Below are positions 60,275 through 64,000 of a DNA stretch of 64,000 nt, one piece after another. Position 1 is the stretch's first letter, and the number at the start of each line of letters is the position of its first letter. The translations under genes were made by a program, and so were the position numbers. The notes beneath the pieces are model-generated. The model searched no databases. It was given only the letters and a program-made list of their open reading frames with translations, and had not been told where the DNA came from. Location: positions 1 to 64,000 of IMG/VR virus record IMGVR_UViG_3300025413_001414. One strand, written 5' to 3'. Origin of the DNA: a virus.

Positions 60275-62104
60275 ATGATAGTAAATGAAAAAATAAGTAT
60301 AAATGTTAATCCAAATTCTAGAATTTATTACAATTCGATTGGATATAGATGTTCTAATTTTGAGAAAATAGAAATTAGAACAATTGATCTACCAAATGGG
60401 TCTAATATTAAAATATTGGTCAGGTGTGATGTTTGTTTTATTGATCAAACAACTAAGTACAATAAATACTTGAAAAACACAAGGAATAATACTATTCTAT
60501 ACACCTGCAAAAAATGTTCTTTTATAAAAAATAAAAAAACAAAATTAGAAAAATACGGAAATGAAAATTATCAGAATACAGAAAAAATAAAGAAGACAAA
60601 ATTAGAAAAATACGGAGACGAAAACTATACAAATAGAATAAAAGCGAAAAATACATGTATAGAAAAATATGGAGTTGATAATGTATCAAAGTTTGATGAT
60701 ATAAAGTTAACTAAAAAGAAAACAAATATTGATAATTGGGGAGTTGATAATGTTTTTAAATCTGAAGAAATTAAGAGTAAAATATCAGAATCGGTTAGAA
60801 TTAAATATGGATCAGATAATTATGTTACATCAGATGATTGTAAAAATAAGTATAAAATATTCTGTGAGGAATTAGGTGTTAGTCATTATTCACAGTCTAA
60901 AGAATTTAAAGATAAATTTGAGGAAACATGTTTAGTAAGCTGGGGATATAAGACGAATTTATTAAATAATGATATAAAAAATAAGATAAAGGAGACCAAT
61001 CTTATAAAGTATGGATTTGAGTATCATATGAAAAATGCAAAATATTCAGAATTAACATCAAAAAGAATAACAGAGGGCAGAAATGATTATTATAAAGTAT
61101 TAGGATATGAATTGATAAATTATGATTTTAATAAAAAGGAATATCTACTTAAAAGTATTTCATGTGGTCATGAATTTAAAATAAATCATGATTTATTTAG
61201 AAGTAGGATAAAATATAACAACAGTTCTTGTTTGATATGCTATCCAAAAGATGGGTTAACATCAATAAAAGAATTAGAGCTTGGTAACTTTATTAAAGAA
61301 ATATCAAATAATATTATATTAAACTCAAGAGACTTGATTGATGGTAAGGAAATAGATATTTATTTACCAGATCATAAGATAGGAATAGAATTTAATGGAT
61401 TATACTGGCATTCGGATGAATTTAAAGATAAATATTATCATTATAATAAAACAAAATCCTGTTTAGAAAATGGAATATCCTTAATTCATATATGGGAGGA
61501 TGACTGGTTAAATAAAAAAGATATAGTTAAATCAATAATTAAAAACAGATTAGGAATAATTGATAATAGAATATATGCCAGAAAATGTAAAATTGAAATT
61601 GTTACAAACTCAATTAGTAATAAGTTTTTAGACGAAAATCACATTCAAGGTGGGACAAATGCTTCTGTTTGTATTTCATTAAAATATGAAAATGAAATAG
61701 TATCTATAATGACATTTGGTAAAAGAAGAATAAACTCTAAATTGAACCTGGAACTTGTTAGATTTTGTAATAAGAAAAATACATCAGTCATCGGATCGGC
61801 TTCTAAATTATTCAAACACTTTATTGAAAATAACGAATACGATAAAATAACATCATATTCAGATTTGTCCATTTTTAATGGAGATTTATATGAAAGTCTT
61901 GGATTCAAAAATGACGGCGAAACATCTTTAAATTACTATTGGAGCGATTTAAAAAGAAGATATCATAGATTTAATTTTAACAAAAAGAGACTAATAAAAA
62001 TAGGATATGATCCAAATAAGACCGAAGATGAAATTATGAAGAGCATTGGATATATTAAAATATGGTCTTGTGGTCAGGTAAGGTGGATTTTTAATAAGAT
62101 ATAA
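60275..62104 (+). CDS. Hef-like endonuclease: 8 KYG-type repeats + PD-(D/E)XK + Mom/GNAT-like
   Basis: EIDIYLPDHKIGIEFNGLYWH, IWEDDW, NHIQG, ELVRFC, SASKL. Confidence 0.78.
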   Translation: MIVNEKISINVNPNSRIYYNSIGYRCSNFEKIEIRTIDLPNGSNIKILVRCDVCFIDQTTKYNKYLKNTRNNTILYTCKKCSFIKNKKTKLEKYGNENYQNTEKIKKTKLEKYGDENYTNRIKAKNTCIEKYGVDNVSKFDDIKLTKKKTNIDNWGVDNVFKSEEIKSKISESVRIKYGSDNYVTSDDCKNKYKIFCEELGVSHYSQSKEFKDKFEETCLVSWGYKTNLLNNDIKNKIKETNLIKYGFEYHMKNAKYSELTSKRITEGRNDYYKVLGYELINYDFNKKEYLLKSISCGHEFKINHDLFRSRIKYNNSSCLICYPKDGLTSIKELELGNFIKEISNNIILNSRDLIDGKEIDIYLPDHKIGIEFNGLYWHSDEFKDKYYHYNKTKSCLENGISLIHIWEDDWLNKKDIVKSIIKNRLGIIDNRIYARKCKIEIVTNSISNKFLDENHIQGGTNASVCISLKYENEIVSIMTFGKRRINSKLNLELVRFCNKKNTSVIGSASKLFKHFIENNEYDKITSYSDLSIFNGDLYESLGFKNDGETSLNYYWSDLKRRYHRFNFNKKRLIKIGYDPNKTEDEIMKSIGYIKIWSCGQVRWIFNKI

Positions 62105-62218
62105 TTGTTTTTTTACTATTAGAGCACAGTTTAAAATAATCTTTAAAAATTTTTATTAGAGACAAAAAAATTGAAATGTTATTAAGTTAGGATTTAGAAA
62201 TTACAAATTTAAAATTTT

Positions 62219-62344
62219 CTATTCTGTTCTTTTTTTGTTTTGCTTCATTATTTTGTTATTTTTAATTGAGTAAATTCTACCAAAATTTGATATTTGATAT
62301 TCACCATCATATCCTAATATATCTACCCATATTTCTTTTTCCAT
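62219..62344 (-). pseudogene. NUMOD4 endonuclease relic
   Basis: MEKEIWVDILGYDGEYQISNFGRIYS...*. Confidence 0.75.
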
Positions 62345-62384
62345 AAACAAATCTATTATTTATAATATATATTGAAAATTAAAA

Positions 62385-62540
62385 ATGTCAAAAAGGACAG
62401 AAAAATACACACAATATGAGGATTTTAAATTTATATTAGAAACCAAAATGTTAAATAAATCTAAGATAATAGAGAGCTTAATTAAAAAATGGATTAAAGA
62501 AAATAAATTAAATGATGAAAAAAATAGAAGATCAGTATAA
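62385..62540 (+). CDS. Small putative DNA-binding (RHH-like) protein, 51 aa
   Basis: LNKSKIIESLIKKWIKE; overlaps the topoisomerase start; TAATATATA upstream. Confidence 0.4.
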   Translation: MSKRTEKYTQYEDFKFILETKMLNKSKIIESLIKKWIKENKLNDEKNRRSV

Positions 62541-64000
62541 AGTTTTAGATCAAATTTCACACGTATTGTTGAGGCCACAAACATATGTTGGATCAAATAA
62601 GCCACACACCGAATCAAAATGGATAATAGAAAATGATAAAATGATTCAAAGAGAAATCACATATGTACCATCTTTTATTAAAATATTTGATGAGGTTGTC
62701 ACAAATGCAATTGATGAGGCAAAAAGGAATAAAAATTTAAATAGAATTGATATAAAAATTGATTTAAAATCAAATCAAATATCAATAAAAGACAACGGAG
62801 GAATAGCCTGTGTTATACACAAGGAACAAAAAAAATATGTTCCGGAAGTCATATTTGGAATCTTAATGTCGGGATCCAATTATGATGATTCTGAAAAGAG
62901 AGATGTTGCTGGAATGAATGGATTGGGAGCTAAACTGACTAATATTTTCTCCACCGAATTTTCAGTTTCTACTTGTGATGGTAAAAATAGTTTTAAACAA
63001 ACTTTTACTGAAAATATGAGAAAGAGAACCAAACCTATTATTATAACATCCAATAAAAACCATACAGAAATATCATACATACCTGATTTGGAAAAATTTG
63101 GTCTCACCAATATTGATGAGGATAATTTTAAAATGTTAGAAAAAAGGGTTTATGATGTCGCAGCTTGTAACTCTAAATTAAAAATATATTTTAATGATAA
63201 ATTAATATCTATAAAATCCTTTGAAGATTATATCAAGTTATACACTGATACTTATTTTTATGAATCAAAAAAAGATAAATCTTGGTCTATTGGTATAGCT
63301 CCATCAGATAGTGGATTTAAACAAATTAGTTTTGCTAACTCAACTGATACATATGATGGTGGAACACATTTAGATTATGTTTTAAATCAAATAATTTCAT
63401 CCATGAGAGCTTTCTTTAATAAGAAATACAAGGTTGATATTAAACCATCTGAGTTAAAGAACCATATGTTTGTGTTTTTGGATTCAACTATTGTTAATCC
63501 AAGCTTTTCATCACAAACAAAGGAAAAATTAATAACAGAGGTTAAAGATTTCGGATCCACATTTGAAATAAGTGATAAATTAATAAACTCTATTTTGAAA
63601 TCTGAGATAGTTCAATCTGTTTTAGACTGGATTGAACAAAAGAAAAATGCTGATGAGAATAGAGCTGCTAGAGAATTAAATAAAAACTTAGCTAAAATCA
63701 AAGTTGATAAACTAATTGATGCGAAAGGTAAGGATAGATGGAAATGTAGTCTAGCATTATTTGAGGGGGATTGTCTACACGAAGACACTCTTGTTAGAGT
63801 GATAAGAGATGGTGATATAGTAGACACTAAAATAAAAAATGCGACAACAGAAGATTTAGTTATAACACACAATAATTCAATATCAAATATTTATTCTATT
63901 ACAAAAAAGATAAAGAAAAAAGTTACAATTAAGACAAAAGAAGGTGAAGTAATATGTAGCCAAGATCACAAGTGGTTTATATATGATAAAGAAAAAAATG
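62512..64000 (+). CDS. Type IIA topoisomerase ATPase/TOPRIM subunit (gp39/GyrB-like), partial, intein-containing
   Basis: HVLLRPQTYVGS, FDEVVTNAIDE, DNGG, GMNGLGAKLTNIFS, GGTH, FSSQTKEKL, KLIDA, LFEGD. Confidence 0.93.
   Translation, partial: MMKKIEDQYKVLDQISHVLLRPQTYVGSNKPHTESKWIIENDKMIQREITYVPSFIKIFDEVVTNAIDEAKRNKNLNRIDIKIDLKSNQISIKDNGGIACVIHKEQKKYVPEVIFGILMSGSNYDDSEKRDVAGMNGLGAKLTNIFSTEFSVSTCDGKNSFKQTFTENMRKRTKPIIITSNKNHTEISYIPDLEKFGLTNIDEDNFKMLEKRVYDVAACNSKLKIYFNDKLISIKSFEDYIKLYTDTYFYESKKDKSWSIGIAPSDSGFKQISFANSTDTYDGGTHLDYVLNQIISSMRAFFNKKYKVDIKPSELKNHMFVFLDSTIVNPSFSSQTKEKLITEVKDFGSTFEISDKLINSILKSEIVQSVLDWIEQKKNADENRAARELNKNLAKIKVDKLIDAKGKDRWKCSLALFEGDCLHEDTLVRVIRDGDIVDTKIKNATTEDLVITHNNSISNIYSITKKIKKKVTIKTKEGEVICSQDHKWFIYDKEKN
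63772..64000 (+). mobile_element. Intein N-terminus inside the TOPRIM EGD|S motif (runs off the window)
   Basis: EGD followed by CLHEDTLV and block B CSQDHKW instead of SA. Confidence 0.88.

Overview
This AT-rich window has no rRNA, tRNA or CRISPR array and reads as part of a jumbo/huge tailed-phage genome. Evidence: a T4 gp6-like baseplate wedge gene, a split T4-type topoisomerase II, many short ORFans, homing endonucleases and inteins. Twelve TAnnTTTG(-7) promoters, four with an upstream TTTG-like element, plus Hc1 and DUF151-UVR genes point to a Bacteroidota host. Recognisable genes include guanylate kinase, an intein-split C1 cysteine peptidase, two D12-class adenine MTases, glycosyl/methyltransferases, a MoxR-type ATPase with a DUF2201/VWA partner, beta-carbonic anhydrase, a 5'(3')-nucleotidase, IscA, a 2H phosphoesterase, a CCA-adding enzyme, a flavodoxin-like protein and a rhomboid protease. 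Elements missing from the ORF track: (1) a ~223-nt RNase P RNA with an intact catalytic domain and essentially no specificity domain; (2) three copies of an unknown hairpin RNA motif behind their own host-type promoters; (3) an unassigned ~195-nt structured RNA; (4) the 3' end of an IS200/IS605 tnpB element plus two non-autonomous derivatives retaining the omegaRNA region; (5) a likely -1 programmed frameshift; (6) two recurring short peptide tags on unrelated proteins, one resembling the T4 capsid-targeting sequence and one a C-terminal RxxKIxxIL; (7) four paralogous variable-repeat + PD-(D/E)XK + Mom-like GNAT proteins. All calls come from reading motifs by eye; no searches or folding programs were run.
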